From NCBI GenBank assembly GCA_003568945.1, contig BDIP01000018.1, positions 1 through 46,392 of the forward strand: a stretch of DNA of 46,392 nucleotides, in the 5' to 3' direction. The notes beneath the pieces were generated by a model. It was not told the DNA's origin, did not search any database, and worked only from the letters and a program-made list of their open reading frames with translations. Within the stretch, counting starts at the first letter, position 1. Every line of letters starts with the position of its first letter. This DNA is from Kipferlia bialata (lineage: Eukaryota). Both the position numbers and the translations under genes were made by a program. This document shows, in pieces, positions 11,160-20,080 of the stretch.

Positions 11160-12569
11160 GTGAGTCCCCGTTCTGGCACCCTACACATGCCATGCTGTAC
11201 TGGGTGGACATCCCAGCATGTAAGGTATATATATATATAGTATATATATATATGCTGTACTGGGTGGACATTCCAGCATGTAAGGTATATATATATATAG
11301 TGTATATATATATATATATATGCTGTACTGGGTGGACATTCCAGCATGTAAGGTATCAGTGTGTTGTCGCTATCGAAAGACCATGTCTATGTATATTATA
11401 TCTTTTGACCCACAGGTGTGTCGGTGTGCCCCCGGCTCCCCTGTGGAGGTGTGGCCTGTCCGCCAGGAGTGTGGGTGCATTGCCCCTCAGGAGGGTGGGG
11501 GACTGGTGCTGGGCATGAGGGACGGGGTCTACACGGCACGTGAGTGGGGAGGGGACCTTGCACTGGTGGCACCATTCCCAGGTGGGAACTCTCTCTCATC
11601 CTAAATCCACATCAATAGCTACGTTGTCACTACTTCATCCCCCCCTTCTCATCGTTGTCTGATCCCAGGTGACACCTCCCGTGTCAGATGCAATGATGGG
11701 AAGGCAGACCCCGCAGGGAGGTTAGTACCCAGCAGATGAGTGTGGCCAACATAGACGCATCCATGATACTGACACTGTAGGTTCTGGGCTGGCACCTACT
11801 GCGAGGTCAAGGATGTCCCATGCGCTGCTCTCTACTCTCTGGGAGTGGGTGAGAGCAGTCTCAAGGTAGTGTCCCTATATATAGAGAGAGAGTGCCAGCA
11901 GTCACCCACTGATGATAAGTATAACTAATCTTAAGGTACATCACAGTGGGTTCTTCACATCCAATGGTCTGGCATGGTCTCCCGATGGAAACACGGTCTA
12001 CTGGGCAGACACGAGGTACTGGAGCATCTCGTGTGTGACCTAGTTTTAGCTAGGATTCGTCTGTCATAACCCCAGTAACCACCGAGTTGTAGCCTGGGAC
12101 TGGGATAGTGAGACTAACACCCTGGGTACACAACGGGTCTTGCGTCAGTTTGAAGGTGGGTGGCGGCCAACACATCTCTATTCACCATAATGCGAGACGG
12201 ATGTGTCCCTCACCCCTAGGCAAGCCCCAATGGTGGGTCCCTGGGATGCCTGGGTATGGTGGGAGACCAGACGGTGCAGTGGTCGACACCGATGGTCACT
12301 ACTGGGTGGCCATGTACGAGGGAGGGTGTGTGCTGAAGCTCTGTCCTATCACAGGACAGACCCTCGAGACTCATTCTGTCCCAGCACTGTGCCCTACTAT
12401 GCCGTGTCTTGGTCCTGCTGATGCGGACGGACACTCCACCCTCTATGTCACCACAGTCAGCAAGGGTAGGAGTCAAGACGAGAGACTGGTCCTGCCTCTC
12501 TCGGGGTGTGTGCTGGCCAAGCAGGTTAAGGCCCGAGGACTCCCGGTCAACTTCTGTTCGGGTCTCTAG
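11160..12569 (+). CDS. SMP-30/gluconolactonase/LRE family protein (sugar lactonase-like beta-propeller), at least 7 exons; 5' end uncertain (candidate ATG at 10704 beyond the poly-C tract)
   Basis: Spliced translation contains GESPFWHP...LYWVDIP, RCNDGKADPAGRFWAGT, SNGLAWSPDGNTVYWADT, GRPDGAVVDTDGHYWVAMYEGG and PTMPCLG...LYVTT: the E/N/N/D metal-ligand motifs of the family. Confidence 0.9.
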
Positions 12570-12902
12570 CCTCTCTCAACTGGCAATCAGGATAGTAGTA
12601 GTTACCACCGCAAGTGTTGGTACTGAATTACTGTACTTTCGATGGATAGTGTCACAAGCACAGTATCACAGACTCTCTAGTACATTGTCTGTAGTTAGCT
12701 CGGAGGTCTTGTGGTTGAAGGCTCCCGTCGGTCTCTCTGGCCAGCAGCTATGCCATGGGACTATAACGCACCATATCACCATATCACCACAGTCTGTGGC
12801 ACAGAGTGCCTCTGACATAAACCCTCATATTTGTCTTTTTGCTGTAGACAGATATGACACTAACCTTGACCTCGAACGACCTATTTGGGCTATTCAGAGC
12901 AT

Positions 12903-15900
12903 ATGAGTGGCCTGAGGTTCAACTGGGTGCTTCTGGCACTACTACTGGGCTGTGTGGTGGCGTCACTCTCCGAATCCGAGGAGAGTATGGTCTTTTGGCC
13001 TCCTACCGCCTCCAACAGCCCTTCTTTCACGGATACCGAGGCTGACGAGATACTTGCTCATGGAACGCGGCTATTTCCTCCTTTTCTCGGTGAAGACACA
13101 GCCGCTGGTGCCAAACTGTGTGTAGATGGGTCATTCATGGCCATGTCTGCTTATGGGGGGGACCAACGCGATTCGGTACATGTATACCGGCTCTCCGGTG
13201 GGACTTGGGTGCCTCTCCAGACCATCTCATTCGACTATGCCGCCTACGATTGCTCTGTGCCTGAATTTGGGAAGGAGATGTCGCTCAAGGGTGATATGCT
13301 GGCTGTAATGGCTAGGGAGGCTGGCTTCGCCTTCATCTACCAGTTCGATGCCTCTGCTGATCAGTTTGAACCCTTTGCACAGTTGCCTGTCAGTTGGGTA
13401 TACGACGGAGAGACACATATGGCTATAGAGGGTAGTCTCTGTGTCATCTCGGGCGAGAATGCCAACTTCCAGGCATGGGACTTGTCTGTTTCACCCCCAG
13501 TTATGGACTATGTCAGGTCAGAGACCGGCCAACCATACCAATGGGGTCGCATTGTCGATCTTGCCCTGGACGGTGGGACCCTGATCACCGTCACTGCGAG
13601 TCGTATCTTCAGCACCGACACTGGGCTGCCTGGATGGACTGACAACGTATGTGACAACGACGAGGCCCCAGGTTTCTACAATTCCATCATCAACAGTGTG
13701 GCGTATGACGCTCAGTCCGATGTCCTGGCCATTGGAGAGCCACAGTGTGTACATCCCATCTCTGACACGGAGATAGGGTGTGTTCACGTGTACAGGCACA
13801 GTACAGGGGCCCTCCTAGACACTGTGTATGCTCCGATCCCTATGAATGACTCATTTGGCCAGACAGTGGAGGTCAAGGGTAGGATGCTGACGGTAGGTAG
13901 GAGCCTTGGCCCCACTACCCTCTGGAGACTAGGAGATGATGACAAGATGCACCACTTGTCTGACCTCGTCCTCCCTGACGACATGTCCTCCCACTCACTC
14001 GGTATCTCCGACACCTACGTCTTTATCGGCTCCACGGATCTTCAGTACTCCCCACTAGGATCCCCAGTCGACATTGGGGGGGCGTATGTGTATCAGTTCC
14101 ATGTCTCTCCGGTCCCACCCATCACAGTGACGGCCTCGCTCTCAGGCATAGAGGCATGCTGCCTAGAGACTCGGGTCACAGTGACAGTGCTAGGCCAGGA
14201 CTCACAACCCTACACGGAGCAGGACTTGTCCTCACCCCTGGCTGCCTTTACAGCCTTGTGGGAGGGTGTCACTACCTCTGTGTTTGTGGCCACAGAGGGC
14301 TCGGGTGATGGCGTATACACCTTTGATGTCACCGCTCCAAGCACAACCGGCACCCACACTCTTGTCTTCACCCTCAACGGCAGCGTGGTTGGTACTGCTG
14401 ACACCTCCCTCGTCCCCACCCTCTCCTCTGCACACTCGGAGGTGCTGGCTGCCGGTTCTGTGGGTGTACCTGCTGCGCTTATGGCAAGACCTCGTGACCA
14501 CTGCGGTAGGCTGCTTGGGGGACTGGAGGTCACAGTGGACATTCACGGCCCCGACGGCACCCTCGTCACGTCTGCGGCACTGCTTTCTTCCTCAGACTCT
14601 GTCACCACATTTGTTCCCAGCAGCGATGGTGTACATTCGGTGTCGGCTACGACAGGGGGTGTAACATGGGAATCAGAGTTGACAATTGAGAGTGGCGAGG
14701 GCCAGCCGCTTGTGCTGCCTGAAGGTGGGATAGAGATGCGTGATATGAGCGCTACTGACGAGTGGCTTGTTCAGTCTAGAGTCAAGAGTTACGTAGACAC
14801 CGATAGTGCCGTGCATGTATACCGCAAGGTAGCTGGAATATGGGTCCTGCACTCAACTCTGTTCACTTCACCTGCTCTTAACGCATTAGTGGGAACTGAG
14901 GAAGGACGCAACTATAGTTATGGACACTATACGGCGATAGATGAAGCAACACTTGTTGTGTCCTCTCCAGATGAAGCACTACCAGCCGCGTACACTGGAA
15001 GTGGATCTGTACATGTGTACGAGTATGACTCTGTCACTGACGTGTGGGTCAACACCGAGTTCTTGAGGTCCCCAGACTGGTACTGGGATGATCAGTTTGG
15101 GAGTTCTCTTGCAATTAGTGGAGACCTGTTAGTGGTTGGCGGTGACGACTCAACTTATGTCTATGAGAGAGATGGGTCCGGAAACTGGGTCTTGCTGGCC
15201 GAGCTTCTGGATGGCGACACCTCTCTCGGGGCCTCATCCGTGGACATCATTGGCACCACCGTGGCAGTGGCGCTACCATACTGTTGGGTCGGTGACATCA
15301 GCAAGGCAGGCAGCGTCCTCACGTATGACCTCTCCTCCTTCCCATCGGGGTGGAACACCACTCCTGCCATCATCGTTAGTCCCACGTTGGTACCAAACAT
15401 CAAGTTTGCTTCTGCTATGTCTTTGTCCAGTGTTGGAGGGGTCATTCGGGCTATTGTTGCTGAGGAAGGGTCAAGCGCTGTTCACACATACGTGCTTGAC
15501 AATTCGTGGGAGCATGAGAGCACTGTAATGGCTCCAGACGGCAACTACAATTTTGGTGGGTACCTTGCCCTGTTCGGAGACGTCGCACTAGCAAGCCTCA
15601 GCAATTCCCAGGTATTGGTACTTCACCACTCTGATGGTGAGTGGACAGTCAGTGACACACTGTTGCCTGTTGGAGGAGATGCCCGTACGCTGGCTGTGAC
15701 CGCCACCCAGCTATTCGTTCAAATATCAAGGCTAGGCTGCTACACGTATGAGAATCCGTTTGCGCCTCCTCACCCCTTGTTGCACACTACGCTATCCATG
15801 GACATCACTGGCACGTGCGAGGTCCCGGTCCTAACCTTCTCCTTACTCACAGATGAGGACGTGGTGTATACCCATGACCTGTCCCCATGGATGGTGGCGG

Positions 15901-18900
15901 GATGGGGCCAGAGCCAGGACTTGAGAGTCACTCACCTTGGGAGTGGAGAGTACACCCTCACAGCTGCTGCCCCGTCTATTGCAGGCGAGCATACTCTCTT
16001 CCTCTATCTGGATGGCACTGAGGTCGGTCGCACAGAACCAGCGATGCTAGCAGACGTGACCTCTCTGTCTCTGTCGACGGTATCCGTGCCCGAACAGGCC
16101 CAATTGCAGAATAGGGTCGACGTGACGGTATCCATCGTGAGTACGTGCTCTCTTTTGATGTCTGATGCTGACGTCAATGTCGTGGTTGTTGGGCCATCTG
16201 CACTTGAGGTGCTGAATTCTGCTGCATCCCTTACCCTTGACAACACCTACTCGGTGTCCTTCACTCCCGATGCCGAGGGCACATACACCGTCACTGCCAC
16301 AGTCGATGGAGCTCCTCTAGCTAACTCTGCACAGATGCATGTGTCTGCCACACGAGTGGAACACGATGGGGTGACGTACTTCTTCTCATCTTCGTCTGTG
16401 TTTGATGGATGTCCTACATACACAGCCCCCAGTGGCATATTTACCACTAGCGTTACTCTTCTAGATGCCGCAGGAGTACCAGTGTGTGAGGAGTTGCCCC
16501 TTGAGTGGGATTGGGGTGATTCGTCTGGAAATAGTCCTGTCTTCAGTGAGCAGGATTGTGTTTACGCGATCAGTCCGATTGTTCCTAATGACCTGGCCAC
16601 TCCACCTGCCAGTATCATAGTATCCCTTGGAAATACAGTTCTCCTCACGTCTCCTGTCATCACTGTCGGGGTCCCTGTATCAGACACTCTCTCTGGGGAC
16701 ACAGTCTGGGTGACAGGGGCAGTCATCGCATCGGAGATCGATGACTCAACGTGTGCCTCTGGACTACTTGAATTCACACTTGAGGGACCAGAAGGTAGCA
16801 TTGACGACACCTACGATGTGAGTCATGCCCTCTCTGTCCGCTGGGACTCTGCCTCAGTCATCGCAGTGAGCGTGTCAGCCACACCACGGACGTATACAGC
16901 GTCCTACGCCTCTCCTGGTTCTGAGGGGGAGCACACGCTCTCTGTCTGTATCGGCGATGTTGTGCTTGCCAGTCAGACAATAGCGCTGGTGGGACAAGTG
17001 TCAGCGGCCAGTCCTGTAACCGCTGCTAGCTATGGCAGGGTTGGTGACGCGTTTGACATCTCTGTGCAGGTGCAAGACGAATGTGGATTACCAAGAGCAG
17101 GGGATACCGTCGAGTATTCAGTAGGCTACCGTGCTTACGGTGCAACTGAGGACGAGGTGGTGTTGGTCGAGCCTGTCACTGTTACCGAGAGCACAGGTCT
17201 TGTCCAACTTAGCTACACGCCTGGTGCCGAGGGCATCTACATGGTGTCTGCAGTAGTTAATGATGTGATTCTGACGCAAGTGGCAACCACTAAGATCGGT
17301 ATCAAGGTGATGGACGGCACTCAGTCTGTCTATCTCTCCTCTAACCTATCCACGGTGTCCACCGTACCATCCGCACTACCCGCGGGTACTCCTTTCGATG
17401 TCTCTGTGAGTCTTCGCTCCCTTGATGGGGAGCTTGTGCTCTCTGAATCACTCTATGTTACTGTTGCGTTTGGGGCTAGCTCTGTTGCAATGACGTTAGT
17501 CGGAGACACGTATACCGGTACAGTCACAACCCCGTCTCTCTTAGGGTCCCAACAGCTCTCTGTTCTGGTTGAGGGGGTGACAGTGTCACAAGAACCGGAC
17601 GTTCATGTTGTGATGCCTCTGAAGGATGGAAGTGGTGACGAGGTCTTCGTATCTGAGGTTGTGTTCCTACACACTGATGAAGACATGGGCACTTGCCAGG
17701 AGATGATGTGGTCCTTCGAGATTCACGGATTGGGCGGCCCAGTCACTGTGGACTTGTGTGACAGCTTGACAGCGGGATGGGGGTCTGCAACTGATGCTGA
17801 AATCCAGTGGGAAGAGGGCATCTACTCTCTAACCTATGACACCCCGTCTCAACCAGGGACACACACCCTGACAGTACAAGCAGAGGGCACAGTGCTCGGG
17901 TCTGTGTCTGTTGAAGTCTCTACTCGTGTCTCAGTCGCTCTTTCGGTACTGGGTGTCCCGACTCAGGGTGTGGTCGGTGACGTTCACACCATATCATTAT
18001 CACTGCTTGACACCTGCGGCACTCCTGTGGCTGTTGCCGATGATATCCTACACACGATAGGTGTATCAGTCGCGTTTGTTGACGGTATTGCGATTGACGT
18101 CAACCCCCTTAGCACGGTGGAAGAAGGTGTATACACTGCCCACTGGACTCCACGTCGGTGTGGAGCCTACACTTGGTCTGCAGCGGTAGACGGAGTACTA
18201 CTTGGGGACACACCGACATCGTATGTGGGGGTGGCTGGTCTGTCTTACGACGCGATGGAGTATGTGGTCTCTGACTCTCCCATCCAAGGCTTGCCAACCC
18301 AAGTCGAGCTAGGGGCAGATCTGTCCCCCTCAATTGTGCTCCATGATGCTGCTGGGGAGATTATTCGTCACCGGTTGCCTCTAGAGTACGCTTGGATTCC
18401 AGATGGGCCTGTTCTAGAGGCCGACCTTGACACTGACACGTGGGCATACCACATGGCCTCTATGGCTCCGGATACACTCACTGGGAGTCCCGTTGCTCTC
18501 GTGGCATGGGTAGATGGGGTAAGGGTAGCGAGTGCCTGGACCAGCACCGTTGCATCCGTGTCAGCCACCACCACTGGGTCTGCTGTATTGATAGCCAATG
18601 CAGAGGTCGGGGCAGTGTCTGTCGACAGTGATGATGGAACATGCGTCCTAGTAGCCACTCTCTATGAGACAGGTGGCGCTGTTTGGCCAGAGGATCTCTC
18701 TTCCACACTGCGGGGTGGGTGGGAATACCCATTCACAGACGCTCCAAGGCACGACAGGGAGACTGGGACATACACATTTGCCGCCGAGGTGCCCGACGTG
18801 GGCGTCAACTACTACTCGGTGGTCTCTGGATCTCATGTTCTTGTCACAAGAGAGTACATTGTTTCCACCTCGGTTGAGGCTGATGATGTGTCCCCTACTT

Positions 18901-19244
18901 GGGACTACATACTTGCAGGCGGTGGGTTTGCAGTTGGAGTTGTCCTAGGTGCTCTCATGTGCATTCCATGCTGCTGCTGCTGCCGTGCCAAGGGACGGCA
19001 GGCGGCACATGCCGAGCACTCCATGTACAGCCGGGAGGATGATGCGAAGCTGGAGTCACAGACAACGCCCCACGGGATGACAGAGCAGTACCCCCCTGTC
19101 TGCACCCCTCTGGAGCCAGTGGCCCCTATGCCCATGCTCTCAGAGATGCCAGGTGGGCCCATGCCTTTCGGGGGAGTGAGTGGCCACAGCACGGCCAAAC
19201 TCATCAATGGAGAGGGGTCATCAGACTATACCGAGGGTCGATAG
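12903..19244 (+). CDS. large intronless type-I membrane protein: signal peptide, two FG-GAP-like beta-propeller regions, multiple Ig/filamin-like repeats, TM helix, Cys-rich juxtamembrane tail
   Basis: Uninterrupted ~2113-codon ORF. Hydrophobic N-terminus WVLLALLLGCVVA; propeller motifs such as DDQFGSSLAISGDLLVVG, GSGSVHVYEYD, FGQTVEV and GGAYVY; Ig-like motifs YSVSFTPDAEGTYTVTATVDG and LSYTPGAEGIYMVSAVVN; TM YILAGGGFAVGVVLGALMCI followed by PCCCCCRAKGR. Confidence 0.85.
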   Translation: MSGLRFNWVLLALLLGCVVASLSESEESMVFWPPTASNSPSFTDTEADEILAHGTRLFPPFLGEDTAAGAKLCVDGSFMAMSAYGGDQRDSVHVYRLSGGTWVPLQTISFDYAAYDCSVPEFGKEMSLKGDMLAVMAREAGFAFIYQFDASADQFEPFAQLPVSWVYDGETHMAIEGSLCVISGENANFQAWDLSVSPPVMDYVRSETGQPYQWGRIVDLALDGGTLITVTASRIFSTDTGLPGWTDNVCDNDEAPGFYNSIINSVAYDAQSDVLAIGEPQCVHPISDTEIGCVHVYRHSTGALLDTVYAPIPMNDSFGQTVEVKGRMLTVGRSLGPTTLWRLGDDDKMHHLSDLVLPDDMSSHSLGISDTYVFIGSTDLQYSPLGSPVDIGGAYVYQFHVSPVPPITVTASLSGIEACCLETRVTVTVLGQDSQPYTEQDLSSPLAAFTALWEGVTTSVFVATEGSGDGVYTFDVTAPSTTGTHTLVFTLNGSVVGTADTSLVPTLSSAHSEVLAAGSVGVPAALMARPRDHCGRLLGGLEVTVDIHGPDGTLVTSAALLSSSDSVTTFVPSSDGVHSVSATTGGVTWESELTIESGEGQPLVLPEGGIEMRDMSATDEWLVQSRVKSYVDTDSAVHVYRKVAGIWVLHSTLFTSPALNALVGTEEGRNYSYGHYTAIDEATLVVSSPDEALPAAYTGSGSVHVYEYDSVTDVWVNTEFLRSPDWYWDDQFGSSLAISGDLLVVGGDDSTYVYERDGSGNWVLLAELLDGDTSLGASSVDIIGTTVAVALPYCWVGDISKAGSVLTYDLSSFPSGWNTTPAIIVSPTLVPNIKFASAMSLSSVGGVIRAIVAEEGSSAVHTYVLDNSWEHESTVMAPDGNYNFGGYLALFGDVALASLSNSQVLVLHHSDGEWTVSDTLLPVGGDARTLAVTATQLFVQISRLGCYTYENPFAPPHPLLHTTLSMDITGTCEVPVLTFSLLTDEDVVYTHDLSPWMVAGWGQSQDLRVTHLGSGEYTLTAAAPSIAGEHTLFLYLDGTEVGRTEPAMLADVTSLSLSTVSVPEQAQLQNRVDVTVSIVSTCSLLMSDADVNVVVVGPSALEVLNSAASLTLDNTYSVSFTPDAEGTYTVTATVDGAPLANSAQMHVSATRVEHDGVTYFFSSSSVFDGCPTYTAPSGIFTTSVTLLDAAGVPVCEELPLEWDWGDSSGNSPVFSEQDCVYAISPIVPNDLATPPASIIVSLGNTVLLTSPVITVGVPVSDTLSGDTVWVTGAVIASEIDDSTCASGLLEFTLEGPEGSIDDTYDVSHALSVRWDSASVIAVSVSATPRTYTASYASPGSEGEHTLSVCIGDVVLASQTIALVGQVSAASPVTAASYGRVGDAFDISVQVQDECGLPRAGDTVEYSVGYRAYGATEDEVVLVEPVTVTESTGLVQLSYTPGAEGIYMVSAVVNDVILTQVATTKIGIKVMDGTQSVYLSSNLSTVSTVPSALPAGTPFDVSVSLRSLDGELVLSESLYVTVAFGASSVAMTLVGDTYTGTVTTPSLLGSQQLSVLVEGVTVSQEPDVHVVMPLKDGSGDEVFVSEVVFLHTDEDMGTCQEMMWSFEIHGLGGPVTVDLCDSLTAGWGSATDAEIQWEEGIYSLTYDTPSQPGTHTLTVQAEGTVLGSVSVEVSTRVSVALSVLGVPTQGVVGDVHTISLSLLDTCGTPVAVADDILHTIGVSVAFVDGIAIDVNPLSTVEEGVYTAHWTPRRCGAYTWSAAVDGVLLGDTPTSYVGVAGLSYDAMEYVVSDSPIQGLPTQVELGADLSPSIVLHDAAGEIIRHRLPLEYAWIPDGPVLEADLDTDTWAYHMASMAPDTLTGSPVALVAWVDGVRVASAWTSTVASVSATTTGSAVLIANAEVGAVSVDSDDGTCVLVATLYETGGAVWPEDLSSTLRGGWEYPFTDAPRHDRETGTYTFAAEVPDVGVNYYSVVSGSHVLVTREYIVSTSVEADDVSPTWDYILAGGGFAVGVVLGALMCIPCCCCCRAKGRQAAHAEHSMYSREDDAKLESQTTPHGMTEQYPPVCTPLEPVAPMPMLSEMPGGPMPFGGVSGHSTAKLINGEGSSDYTEGR

Positions 19245-20080
19245 GTGTCATACCTTAAGGTGTATTTTTTGCTGAAGAAAGCAATGTTAGCAAGAGAAAT
19301 AGATTGAGAAACAAGAGGTTCTCATCATTTCTCTCTTCCTCCTGATATGGAGCGAGTCACTAACAATCTCAGACATCTAGTGGTTAGACTTGACACTGTC
19401 TATCAATTATATAGTTCTAGAACTTCTAGGAATCTGGACCTCAGCGGAAGCCACAATACCACCATGGCCCCTGGCACTATACTTTATCGTAGTGGAGAAG
19501 TTCTCCGAGAACTCTAGTCTGACCTGAATATTGACTCTCCAACGGAGAGTCTCCATCCTATAATATTCATCTTGAGTATTCAAGAGCGGTACACAGTCTG
19601 ATTTGAATATGAAGCGGCGACTACAGACCTATATTCTAATATAGACTCTATATCCAAGAGGTTTACAGCGTTTGGAAGATCACTATTCACAATGTCATAC
19701 TCTGTGCGTCGTATGGATGCTGGGTCTCAGCTTCAGATTTCTGGAAATGAAAGGAATTTTGAACGGATACAACTCACTCTCGAGTAGAGTATCGACATGA
19801 GCATTGCGTCCTGGTACTGCTAGAAGTAGGAGGCTTTACATACCATGGTATTGCGGTACATTGTCTTTGATTACAACACTTGTCTTTGGTGTGTGAATAG
19901 GGCGACGGAATACCATTTGAAAGTGGCAGCAGAGTCGATAGGGATATGGAACGTGAGTCACTAATACGTGACTGAGGAGTCTCAAACAAAAGGTTCCATT
20001 TGCAATATCAAACTATTGGAGGAGAATCCCACTCATGCTTCAATTACGTACATACATTGTATATTGACATTCCAACGATA

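Noticed and set aside
11192..11356. CRISPR-like repeat-spacer pattern (also 3461-3720)
   Set aside because: The repeats are copies of coding exon ends with GT donors, the spacers are TA microsatellite, the context is eukaryotic and there are no cas genes.
6600..12569. Alternative genetic code (TAA/TAG = Gln, as in hexamitid diplomonads)
   Set aside because: TAA follows the conserved terminal Trp of the reductase and TAG ends the SMP-30 gene at the expected place; long exons contain no in-frame TAR.
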